From assembly GCA_040218735.1 (NCBI GenBank), contig JAVJQW010000011.1, positions 320,001 to 384,000 on the forward strand: a stretch of 64,000 bases of DNA. Reading direction: 5' to 3'. The position numbers were made by a program, and so were the translations under genes. The notes beneath the pieces were generated by a model that saw nothing but the letters and a program-made list of their open reading frames with translations, did no database searches and was not told the origin of the DNA. How positions within the stretch are numbered: the stretch's first letter is position 1; the number at the start of each line of letters is the position of its first letter. Below are positions 40,094-48,702 of this stretch, in pieces. Source of the stretch: Deltaproteobacteria bacterium (lineage in GTDB: Bacteria > Myxococcota > Kuafuiibacteriia > Kuafuiibacteriales > Kuafuiibacteriaceae).

Positions 40094-41955
40094 GGGACGT
40101 GGGGAGCTGGCTCGTTCGTCAGGCGGGGACCTCGCTGCGACTCCGCCTCCTGTCGGCGTTTGCGCTCGCGGCGATCGCGCTCCTCACGGTCAGCGCTCTG
40201 GCGCTGCTCGCGCTCGACGACATGCGCGCGGGCGGTAAGAAGATGGCCGCAGCGCAGCAGCGCGCGTCGGCGGTGATCGAGCTGTCGCGCTCGGTGGTGG
40301 AGCTGCAACGCAACGTTCAACTCTACAGTCACACCGGACACAGCGCGGTCATCGGACGCGTGGAAGCGAACCTGAACGACGTCCACGGCGAGCTCGTCGC
40401 GCTCCGCGGCGTCGAAGACGACGAACGGGTCGAACGCATCCTCGCGCACCTCGAGCTCTACCGATCGACCTTCGAGCTCGCGGTCGACGAGCGCGGCGTA
40501 CGCAACCGACTCGTGCGCACCGAGCGACCCGAGACCTCCGCCGCGCTGCGCTACGCGCTCGAGCGCCACCGCGCCGAGGTCGGCCCCGCCGCGCGCGAGG
40601 TGCAGTCGCTCGCGATCCTGATCGACAACGACGTGCTGGCCTACCTCGACGACCCCGACTACACCGCGGTCCGGCGCGTCGCCGACCGCACCTCCGAAGC
40701 CATCGCAACGCTGGAGGCCATCGTCCCGGTGTCGGCCGAGCGTTCCCGGACGATCGCGCTGCTCCGTGCTTCGGAGGCGCAGTTCTCGCGCATCGCGCAG
40801 GCGACGCGCGGCTACCTCTACCTCACCAACGTCGTCATGGCGGCCGAAGCGCGCGAGCTCACGTACGTCGCCGAGCGGCTACGCCGCGACACCCTCGCCG
40901 ACGCGGAACGCATCACCCGCGACATCGACGTTGGCATCGCAGGCACGCGCCGCCGCACGATCGTGAGCGTCGCGCTCGCCATCATCCTCGGCCTGCTCGT
41001 GTCGGCGTATACGGCTTCGTCCGTGTCGAGGCCAATCGCGTCGCTCACGGAGACGTTCCGGCGCCTCGCCGCGGGGGACGAGTCGGCGCGCGTCCCGTTC
41101 ACGGAGCGCTCCGACGAGATCGGTGTGATGGCGCGTGCGGCGGCGGTGTTCCAGAGCAAGAACCAACAGACCGAGACGTTGCTCGCGCAGGCCCGCGATC
41201 TGACGGAGGCGCTGCAGGCGAACCGCGGGAAGCTCGAGCGGACCAACGAGGAGCTCGAGCAGTTCGTGCACACCGTCTCCCACGACCTGAAGTCACCGAT
41301 CGTCACCACGTCGGGGTTCATTCAGATCATGGAAGAGGAGATCGAAGACGGAAACTTCGAAGCCGCCGCGCTGCACCTCCCCCGCCTCGCGAGCGCGAAC
41401 CGTCGAATGAAGCTGCTCGTCGAGGATCTCCTGGACCTCAGCCGCGTCGGTCGTATCGACACCGAGCTCGCGACGGTCGACCTCGACGACGTCGTGACCG
41501 AGGTCGTCGCCGGACTCGACGGCCAGATTCGCGACGATCACGTGCGGATCGAGGTCGGCCCGCTCCCGACCGTGGACGGGAACGCCTCGCGCCTGACGCA
41601 GGTGTTCGACAATCTCATCACGAACGCCATCAAGTACGGGCGCAGAGACGACGGCGTGCAGATCGAGGTCGGCGCGCGGCACGACGACGACGGCTTCCTG
41701 CTGTTCGTCCGCGACGACGGACACGGCATTCAGGAGCAGTTCCACGACCGCGTGTTCAAGCTGTTCCAGCGGCTCGACACCAAACCGGAAGGCACCGGCA
41801 TCGGCCTTTCGATCGTGCAGAAGATCGTGAAGTCACACGGCGGGCGTATCTGGATCGACTCGAAGGGGGACGACACCGGGTGCACCTTCTGGGTTCATCT
41901 CCCGGCGCGGCGTGAGGCCCCGTTGCCCTTCGACTCGCTTCATGACAACGCGTAG
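40090..41955 (+). CDS. Membrane sensor histidine kinase with HAMP domain
   Basis: Two TMs, HAMP (RSDEIG.MA), H-box VSHDLKSP, NLITNAIKY, DDGHGI, GTGIGL. Confidence 0.93.
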   Translation: MRDVGSWLVRQAGTSLRLRLLSAFALAAIALLTVSALALLALDDMRAGGKKMAAAQQRASAVIELSRSVVELQRNVQLYSHTGHSAVIGRVEANLNDVHGELVALRGVEDDERVERILAHLELYRSTFELAVDERGVRNRLVRTERPETSAALRYALERHRAEVGPAAREVQSLAILIDNDVLAYLDDPDYTAVRRVADRTSEAIATLEAIVPVSAERSRTIALLRASEAQFSRIAQATRGYLYLTNVVMAAEARELTYVAERLRRDTLADAERITRDIDVGIAGTRRRTIVSVALAIILGLLVSAYTASSVSRPIASLTETFRRLAAGDESARVPFTERSDEIGVMARAAAVFQSKNQQTETLLAQARDLTEALQANRGKLERTNEELEQFVHTVSHDLKSPIVTTSGFIQIMEEEIEDGNFEAAALHLPRLASANRRMKLLVEDLLDLSRVGRIDTELATVDLDDVVTEVVAGLDGQIRDDHVRIEVGPLPTVDGNASRLTQVFDNLITNAIKYGRRDDGVQIEVGARHDDDGFLLFVRDDGHGIQEQFHDRVFKLFQRLDTKPEGTGIGLSIVQKIVKSHGGRIWIDSKGDDTGCTFWVHLPARREAPLPFDSLHDNA

Positions 41956-41958
41956 GGG

Positions 41959-42414
41959 GTGCGCCGCCTCGCCCTCGCCCTCGTCCTCGTCCTCGGGTGC
42001 ACCCAACGAAGCGAAGAGAAGGTCGAGCCGAAGACCCCCGACGCCGGACCGCTCGCAGAGCCCATCGAGCTCCCGTGGACCGGTGGCCTTCCGCTCCTGA
42101 CGAACGTGGCGCCCGAGCCCGAGAGTTACGCGAAGGCGGTCGTGAAGTACCGGACCGCCACCACGGCGATCGCACACGGTGATCTCGAAGGCGGGACGAA
42201 GGCGCTCCTCGAGACCGCGAAGGGGATGCGTCTCCCGGACGAGCACCCGCACAAGAAGACCTACGACGCCGCGCGGTGCATCCTCTACCAAAACGCAGCG
42301 GCGACGTGGGGCGCCGCGAAGCAGCCCGACGTCGCCAAGAAGAGACTGACGGCCATCAAGGCCGAAGACCCGGCGTGTGGGGCGTCCATCGACTACGCGC
42401 TCGGTCGCTTGTAG
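41959..42414 (+). CDS. Small lipoprotein of unknown function
   Basis: MRRLALALVLVLGC lipobox; helical; 3 nt after kinase stop. Confidence 0.7.
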   Translation: MRRLALALVLVLGCTQRSEEKVEPKTPDAGPLAEPIELPWTGGLPLLTNVAPEPESYAKAVVKYRTATTAIAHGDLEGGTKALLETAKGMRLPDEHPHKKTYDAARCILYQNAAATWGAAKQPDVAKKRLTAIKAEDPACGASIDYALGRL

Positions 42415-42441
42415 CCGTCGACGCCCCACACACCTTCGACA

Positions 42442-43008
42442 TCAGCCACCGATGTCGGCTTCACCCTTCGCCTTCTTGTGTCGCTTGCCGAAGCGGCCCT
42501 TCTTCGCCGCGGCGAGCTCCGCCTGGACGATCTGTCCGTCCTGGTTCGTGTCGAGGCGCTCGAACATCTTGTCGACGCGACGGTTCGCCGCCGCCTGCAT
42601 CTCCGCGACGCCGAGGCGGCCATCGCCGTCCGTGTCGACCTTGGAGAATCGCTTCTCCATCTTCTTCTCGAAGCGCGCGGCCCGCTTGGCCTGCTTCTCG
42701 GGGCTCAGGTTCGCGTGGCGCTCGGCGCGCCGCTTACCGAACTTCTCGCGCATGGCCGTCATCTCCTCGCGGTCGATGTAGCCGTCCTTGTTCGCGTCGA
42801 TACGCTCGAGCTTCTTCGTGATCTTCGCTTGGAAGCCCGTCGCCAGCTCGTCGCGCGTCAGGGCGCCGTCTTGGTTCGTGTCCATCTTCATGAGCCGCTT
42901 GCCGCCGTGGCGACCCTTGCCATGCGCGCTCGCGTCGGCCGCACCGACGACACCCACGAGTCCACACACACCCAGGCCCAAGATGATCTTCTGAATGGAA
43001 CGCTTCAT
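42442..43008 (-). CDS. Secreted EF-hand calcium-binding protein
   Basis: Four EF loops [48 protein letters not shown]; signal peptide; GAGGAGG RBS. Confidence 0.9.
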   Translation of the reverse strand: MKRSIQKIILGLGVCGLVGVVGAADASAHGKGRHGGKRLMKMDTNQDGALTRDELATGFQAKITKKLERIDANKDGYIDREEMTAMREKFGKRRAERHANLSPEKQAKRAARFEKKMEKRFSKVDTDGDGRLGVAEMQAAANRRVDKMFERLDTNQDGQIVQAELAAAKKGRFGKRHKKAKGEADIGG

Positions 43009-43235
43009 TTTCTCTGTCCTCCTCGGGGCTCGCTCTCGGCCCTCGTGGAGTTGAACGGGGCTCGCGGCGAAAAAACTCGACGCTTAACAAACCTTGACGT
43101 TCCTTCGGCGCAGGCCCGGATCCCGACGGAGATTCGGGGGCTTGGCGCCTCGACTGAGACGTGCGCGCCACGGTGGAAGGCCCGCGGGACGACGGCGCCA
43201 CACGTGGCACGGCACGTGAAGTCCCTGCGAAGCGC

Positions 43236-45362
43236 ATGTTTCGCCACGTCGCGCCCACCCTCCTCGGCCTCCTCTTGTGTCAGAGCGCACAAGCGGTCGA
43301 AGCCGACGTCACGCTCGTCGCGGGCCACGTCCTCCTGAAGACCGAGGCACTCGAACCGCTCGCGCCCTATCGCGTCCGCGCGACGTTCGTTCGCACGCTC
43401 CCGGCGGGGTGGTCGCTGTGGCGGGTGACCTCCAGCGAAGGAAAGCCGCTCGACAGCCGCGAGACCAAGGCGCTCCTCGCGCAGCTGGCCGCCGACGAGT
43501 CCGCGCCCCCCTCCGCTGCGGACTCCGTGTACTTCACACGCGCCGTCCCGGACGACGACGACTACGACGACCAGTGGGCCCTCCAAGCCATCCACGCCGA
43601 GGCCGCCTGGGACGTGACGACCGGCGCGTCCAACCAACGCATCGGGGTGATCGACTCCGGCCTCCGGCGCGACCACGAAGATCTGGAAGCCAAGGACCTC
43701 GCGGGCTTCGACTTTATCAGCGACGCCACCGCGGCGATGGACGGAGACGGCCGCGACGCTGACTACTTCGACGACTTCGATCGCACCGACTGCGGCGGGA
43801 CACGCACCGACGGCAGCTACCACGGCACCGCGGTCGCGGGTGTCATCCTCGCGGACACGGACAACAACGACGGCATCGCTGGCGTGAACTGGGGCGCGCA
43901 GCTCGTCTCGGCGCGGGTCGCCGGCGCATGCGGTGCCGCCGTTGCGAGCGACGTGCTGGACGCCGCCGCGTGGCTGGGCGGCGAGTCGGTCGCCGACGTC
44001 CCCGCGCTCGGGGCCGACGCGGTCTCGGTGATCAACGTCAGCATCGGCCGCCCGGGCGCGTGCTCCGCCGCCGAACAGGACGTCGTCGATCTGCTCACGG
44101 CTCGCGGCGTCATCATCGTCGCGAGCGCAGGCAGCGGCTCCGCCGAAGCCCCCGCCAACTGCAACGGTGTCATCGCCGTCGGTGCGCACGGCTCGGACGG
44201 CGCGGCCACCGCGTACACCGCGAAGGACGTCGATCTGTTCGCCCCCGGCGGCGCGCTCACCACGAACCGCGAGGGCATCCGCGCCCCGACCGGGACCGAC
44301 GACAACGACTACGACTGGTTCGAAGGCACCTCGTTCGCCGCCGCCTACGTCACCGGGGCGGTCTCGCTCCTCCTCGCCGTCGATCCCGGCGCATCACCGA
44401 CGCGTATCGTCGCCGCCCTCCGCCAGAGCGCCGCGACCTGCACCGGGTGCGGCAGCGCCGGCGCGCTGGATCTCGCGGCGGCGCTCACGGCGCTGACCAC
44501 GCTGCCTCCCGTCGCCGCCGAAGGTGAAGCGTGCGACGCCGCCATCAGCTGCGACACCGATCTCGTCTGCGCGAGCGGGCGATGCAAGCGAGCTTGCGAC
44601 CTCACGAACGGGGATGGCTGCTCGACGGCCGAACACTGCCTGCCCGTCACCTCCCTGCTCGGCACGGGCGCCTGCTTCACGGCCGGCACGATCGCGGCCG
44701 GCGACGGGTGCATCGAACCCGCCGACTGCGTCGTCGGCGCGGTGTGCACGGACATCGGCGCGGGTCGCAAGTGCTACGCGGCTTGCCACCACGGCTTCTC
44801 CTGCGACGCGGCGCAGGTCTGCACCGCCATCAACCCGTATCTGTCGTACTGCGCCGAGCGACCGGAGGAGCCGGAGCCGGTCGAGCCGATGAACCCGGTG
44901 GAGCCGATGGAGCCCGTCGAGCCGATCACACCTTCGGACTGCCGCATCTCGCTCGGCGTCTTCGACTGCGACAACGGCGAAGGCTGCATCGACGACGGCG
45001 ACGACGACGACGACGGCTTCTGCGCGCCCTGGTCCGGCTCACGTGGCGCGGGCGAGCTCTGCGACGCGCGCTTCGACTGCGCCTCCGGCATCTGCGACTC
45101 GGGCGTGTGCCTGTTCGCGTGCGACGCGGGCGACTGCGTGGGCGGCTACGCGTGTGACCTCGAAGTCATGGACGGCGGCCTGTGCCGCCCGAACCGCTGC
45201 GTCGCGGGTGCGTGCGCCGCCGGGTGGGCCTGCGCGGCGACCGCGTCGGGCGAGAGTGTCTGCGCGGTGTCGGCGGGCGGGTGCACCGCGGTCCACGGCC
45301 GCGCGCCGGCGTGGTCCGTTGTGCTGATCGCGGTGTTGCTCGTCATCCGCCGGCGGGTTTGA
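43236..45362 (+). CDS. S8 subtilase with Cys-rich C-terminal repeats and MYXO-CTERM-like anchor
   Basis: VIDSG, YHGTAVAG, GTSFAA triad motifs; Cys-rich repeats; tail GGC...WSVVLIAVLLVIRRRV. Confidence 0.88.
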   Translation: MFRHVAPTLLGLLLCQSAQAVEADVTLVAGHVLLKTEALEPLAPYRVRATFVRTLPAGWSLWRVTSSEGKPLDSRETKALLAQLAADESAPPSAADSVYFTRAVPDDDDYDDQWALQAIHAEAAWDVTTGASNQRIGVIDSGLRRDHEDLEAKDLAGFDFISDATAAMDGDGRDADYFDDFDRTDCGGTRTDGSYHGTAVAGVILADTDNNDGIAGVNWGAQLVSARVAGACGAAVASDVLDAAAWLGGESVADVPALGADAVSVINVSIGRPGACSAAEQDVVDLLTARGVIIVASAGSGSAEAPANCNGVIAVGAHGSDGAATAYTAKDVDLFAPGGALTTNREGIRAPTGTDDNDYDWFEGTSFAAAYVTGAVSLLLAVDPGASPTRIVAALRQSAATCTGCGSAGALDLAAALTALTTLPPVAAEGEACDAAISCDTDLVCASGRCKRACDLTNGDGCSTAEHCLPVTSLLGTGACFTAGTIAAGDGCIEPADCVVGAVCTDIGAGRKCYAACHHGFSCDAAQVCTAINPYLSYCAERPEEPEPVEPMNPVEPMEPVEPITPSDCRISLGVFDCDNGEGCIDDGDDDDDGFCAPWSGSRGAGELCDARFDCASGICDSGVCLFACDAGDCVGGYACDLEVMDGGLCRPNRCVAGACAAGWACAATASGESVCAVSAGGCTAVHGRAPAWSVVLIAVLLVIRRRV

Positions 45363-46218
45363 GCACGATGCGCGAGGGGCGCTGCGCCTCTGGATCGGGA
45401 TCCTCGGCGGCGAGCGATTCGCCCTCGGTCTGTTCGTAGAGCGGATCCCACGGGAGCAAGATCGTGATGTCGCCGTCGATGACACGCACCTTCGGCATCA
45501 CCGGTCCGATGTTCGGCGCGCGCCGCGCGGCCATCTTGGCGACCTCCTCGAACGAAGCCGCGCTCCGAAGCGCGTCCAGCGTGCGTTGGGTCGGCGGCGG
45601 GAGGAAGAGCTCCCCGGCGTAGTGCGCCGACAGCGCTTCGGCGGGTGACAACCACCGCTCCTCGACGAGCTCGTGACGATCCAGCTCGGGGGTCTGGCCG
45701 GCCGGGACCTCCGCGACGAAGAAGCGCGTGTCGAACCGTCGCGGCTCGGCGCTCGGCGTGACCCAGTGATCGAAGTAGTGGATGTGCGTGAGGTCGAGCT
45801 CGAGATCCTCGGCCTCCAGCATCTCGGAGAAGACGGCCTCGCGGTTCGTGAGCTTCTTTCGCCAGTCGGACCAGCGTGTGTCGTCGTCGAGTCGAACGAG
45901 TGTCTCTTCGCCGCGCCGACGCGCGAACAACGCGCCGGCCTCCTCGAAGGTCTCGCGACACGCGGCGACGTACAGCCCGTGCGCGTGGGTCTCGTCGAGC
46001 GCGCGGCCCGGCGTCGCCTTCATGAGCTGAATCGCATCGACGCGTGGGGCTCGGGCGAGCGTGACGGACGCGACGTCGTCGTCGTCCAGCTTGCCGCCCG
46101 GGAAGACAAACGCCCCCGCCATGAACCCGCTGGCCCGATGACGCCTGAGGAGCAGCGTCCTCAGGCCGTCATCGAACCGCTTCAGCAGGACGATCGTCGC
46201 GGCATCCCGAATCGACAT
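45343..46218 (-). CDS. NUDIX hydrolase (Nudt19-like)
   Basis: AATIVLL, FVFPGGKLD, AACRETFEEAG, WVTP...RRFDTRFF. Confidence 0.88.
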   Translation of the reverse strand: MSIRDAATIVLLKRFDDGLRTLLLRRHRASGFMAGAFVFPGGKLDDDDVASVTLARAPRVDAIQLMKATPGRALDETHAHGLYVAACRETFEEAGALFARRRGEETLVRLDDDTRWSDWRKKLTNREAVFSEMLEAEDLELDLTHIHYFDHWVTPSAEPRRFDTRFFVAEVPAGQTPELDRHELVEERWLSPAEALSAHYAGELFLPPPTQRTLDALRSAASFEEVAKMAARRAPNIGPVMPKVRVIDGDITILLPWDPLYEQTEGESLAAEDPDPEAQRPSRIVLKPAGG

Positions 46219-46252
46219 CGCCCCGTCCTTTGCCCGACGAACAGGGCGCCTG

Positions 46253-48634
46253 TCACGCGTGCATCGGCTCGGGCTCGGGGTTCGCCGAGAACACGGGCCC
46301 CGCGGGCGCCGTCTCCAGCGCGGCCGCGAGCACCTCGTCCATCTGCGTGACGAAGACGAACTGCATGTCGTCGCGCACCCGCTCCGGGATCTCCTCCGCG
46401 TCGCGCCGGTTGCGCTCCGGGAGGATCACCCGACGAATCCCACGCGCGTGGGCGGCGAGCACCTTGGACTTGATGCCGCCCACCGGGAGCACCCGTCCGC
46501 GTAGCGTCACCTCACCCGTCATCGCGAGGTCGGGCGCCACCGGGCGGTCCGAGAACAACGACGCGATGGCCGTGAACATCGTGACACCCGCCGACGGCCC
46601 GTCCTTGGGCGTCGCACCCGCGGGGACGTGCACGTGGATGTCGCGCGAGGTGAAGAGCGCGTCGTCGATGCCGAGCTCCTCCGCGTGCGACCGCGTGTAC
46701 GTCAACGCAGCTTGCGCCGACTCCTTCATGACGTCGCCGAGCTGCCCCGTGAGCACGAGCTTGCCGGTCCCGGGCACCGCCGTCGCCTCCACGTACAGGA
46801 CGTCGCCGCCCAGCGGGCTCCACGCGAGCCCCGTGGAGATGCCCGGCCTCAAGCCGACCTCGTGCTCCTCCCGGAAGAACTTCTTCCGCCCGAGGTAGTC
46901 CTCCAGGTTGTCGACGTCCACGTGCAGCGGGAGCTCTCCGTCCTCCTTCGCCTTCTTCACCGCCGCCGCGCGGAAGATCTTCGCCAGCACGCGCTGCAGC
47001 TGTCGAACACCCGCCTCGCGCGTCCACCCGTCGATCGCCGCCTCCAGCACGGCGTCGTCGAGCTCCACGTCCGCCCGATCGAGACCCGCGTTCTTCGCGA
47101 GCTTCGTCAGCACGTGCGCCTTCGCGATGTTCAGCTTCTCGTCCTGCGTGTAGCCCTCGATCTCGAGGATCTCCATGCGGTCGCGCAGCGGTGCGGGCAC
47201 GGCGGACAGGTCGTTGGCCGTCGCGATGAACAACACCTTCGACAGGTCGAACGGCACCTCCAGGTAATGGTCGACGAACGCGTGGTTCTGCTCGGGGTCG
47301 AGGATCTCCAGGAGCGCCGCCGCAGGATCGCCCTGCCAACCGCGCCCCATCTTGTCGACCTCGTCGAGCAACACCACCGGGTCCGAAGCCCCCGCGCGAC
47401 GCAGGCCCTCGACGAGCCGCCCCGGGCGCGCGCCGACGTACGTGCGGCGATGCCCACGCAGCTCCGCTTCGTCGCGGACACCACCGAGCGCCACGCGCAC
47501 CAGCTTCTTGTCCGTCGCCTCCGCGATCGCCTCCGCGATGCTCGTCTTGCCGACGCCGGGCGGGCCGACGAGCAGCAACACGTCCGCGCGCCCCGTTCCG
47601 GCGAGTTTCTTCACCGCGAGGTGCTCGAGCACCTGCCGCTTCACGTCTTCGAGACCGAAGTGCGTCTCGTCGAGTGTCTTCTCGAGCACGCCGAGATCGA
47701 TACCGCTCTCACTCGTCTTGCCCCACGGCAGATCCGCGATCCAGTTGAGCCAGTCGATCGCGACGTTGCGCTCCGCCGACCCGCGCTGCAGCCGCGACAT
47801 CCGCGACACCTCGCGGTCGACGGCGTTCTTGGCCTCCTCCGACAGCGCCATCGCGTCGATGCGCTCCTTCAGCGGCTTCACCTCGTCATCCTCGGCGCCT
47901 TCGCCGAGCTCCGCGCGAATCGCTTCGAGCTGACGACGCAACATGACCTCGCGCTCCTGATCACCGAGCGTCGATCGCACGCGGTCACGGATCTTCTTCT
48001 GCGCGTCCGCGAGCTCCTTCGCCCGCTCGACCTGCGCGAGCACCTTCTCGGCGCGCACGAGCGGATCCACCGTGAGCAAGATGTCTTGCTTCCACGGCAT
48101 GTCCGCGTCGACGACGTACGCGATCAGGTCCACGAGCACACTCGGGTCCGTGACCTTGTCGAGCAGTTCCTGCACCGGGAGATTCGCGGACGCGACCTCC
48201 ACCACCGACGACACCGCTTCGTGCAGCGCGCTCTCGAGCGCGTCACCTTCGACGCCCTCCGGCCACTTCGCGCCGAGCCGCTCGATGCGCGCCTCGAAGT
48301 ACGGCTTGGGCCCGTCCACCTCGCTCAGGCGGACGCGCTCCACGCCCTGGATAGCTACGATCTGACGATCGCCGTTCACCGCCGGCGGACGCACGACGCG
48401 CGCGAGGATGCCGATCGGGAGGAGGTCGCTCGGGTTGGGATCCGCGACCGGTTCTCGCTGGACCGCGACCACGATCCAGCCGTCGACCGCATTCTCCAGC
48501 GCCCTCAGGGACACCGAACGTGCCACCGCAAACGGCGACACGACCTGCGGATAAAGGAAGCCCTGCCGAAGCGGCAGGACGGGGAGACGCTGGGGCAGGT
48601 GACGAGGGACGTGAAAGTCACGGTTCGGTTTCAT
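46253..48634 (-). CDS. lon: ATP-dependent Lon protease (endopeptidase La)
   Basis: LON N-domain LPVLPLR; GPPGVGKTS, LLDEVDK, PKDGPSAG, GGIKSK; start ATG 48634 or TTG 48670. Confidence 0.96.
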   Translation of the reverse strand: MKPNRDFHVPRHLPQRLPVLPLRQGFLYPQVVSPFAVARSVSLRALENAVDGWIVVAVQREPVADPNPSDLLPIGILARVVRPPAVNGDRQIVAIQGVERVRLSEVDGPKPYFEARIERLGAKWPEGVEGDALESALHEAVSSVVEVASANLPVQELLDKVTDPSVLVDLIAYVVDADMPWKQDILLTVDPLVRAEKVLAQVERAKELADAQKKIRDRVRSTLGDQEREVMLRRQLEAIRAELGEGAEDDEVKPLKERIDAMALSEEAKNAVDREVSRMSRLQRGSAERNVAIDWLNWIADLPWGKTSESGIDLGVLEKTLDETHFGLEDVKRQVLEHLAVKKLAGTGRADVLLLVGPPGVGKTSIAEAIAEATDKKLVRVALGGVRDEAELRGHRRTYVGARPGRLVEGLRRAGASDPVVLLDEVDKMGRGWQGDPAAALLEILDPEQNHAFVDHYLEVPFDLSKVLFIATANDLSAVPAPLRDRMEILEIEGYTQDEKLNIAKAHVLTKLAKNAGLDRADVELDDAVLEAAIDGWTREAGVRQLQRVLAKIFRAAAVKKAKEDGELPLHVDVDNLEDYLGRKKFFREEHEVGLRPGISTGLAWSPLGGDVLYVEATAVPGTGKLVLTGQLGDVMKESAQAALTYTRSHAEELGIDDALFTSRDIHVHVPAGATPKDGPSAGVTMFTAIASLFSDRPVAPDLAMTGEVTLRGRVLPVGGIKSKVLAAHARGIRRVILPERNRRDAEEIPERVRDDMQFVFVTQMDEVLAAALETAPAGPVFSANPEPEPMHA

Positions 48635-48702
48635 CGCCCGCCGTTCCAACCACACCGGCGGGTCGGTCAAGCGGACCCACGTCCTTTTCTCTCAACTCCT
48701 CG

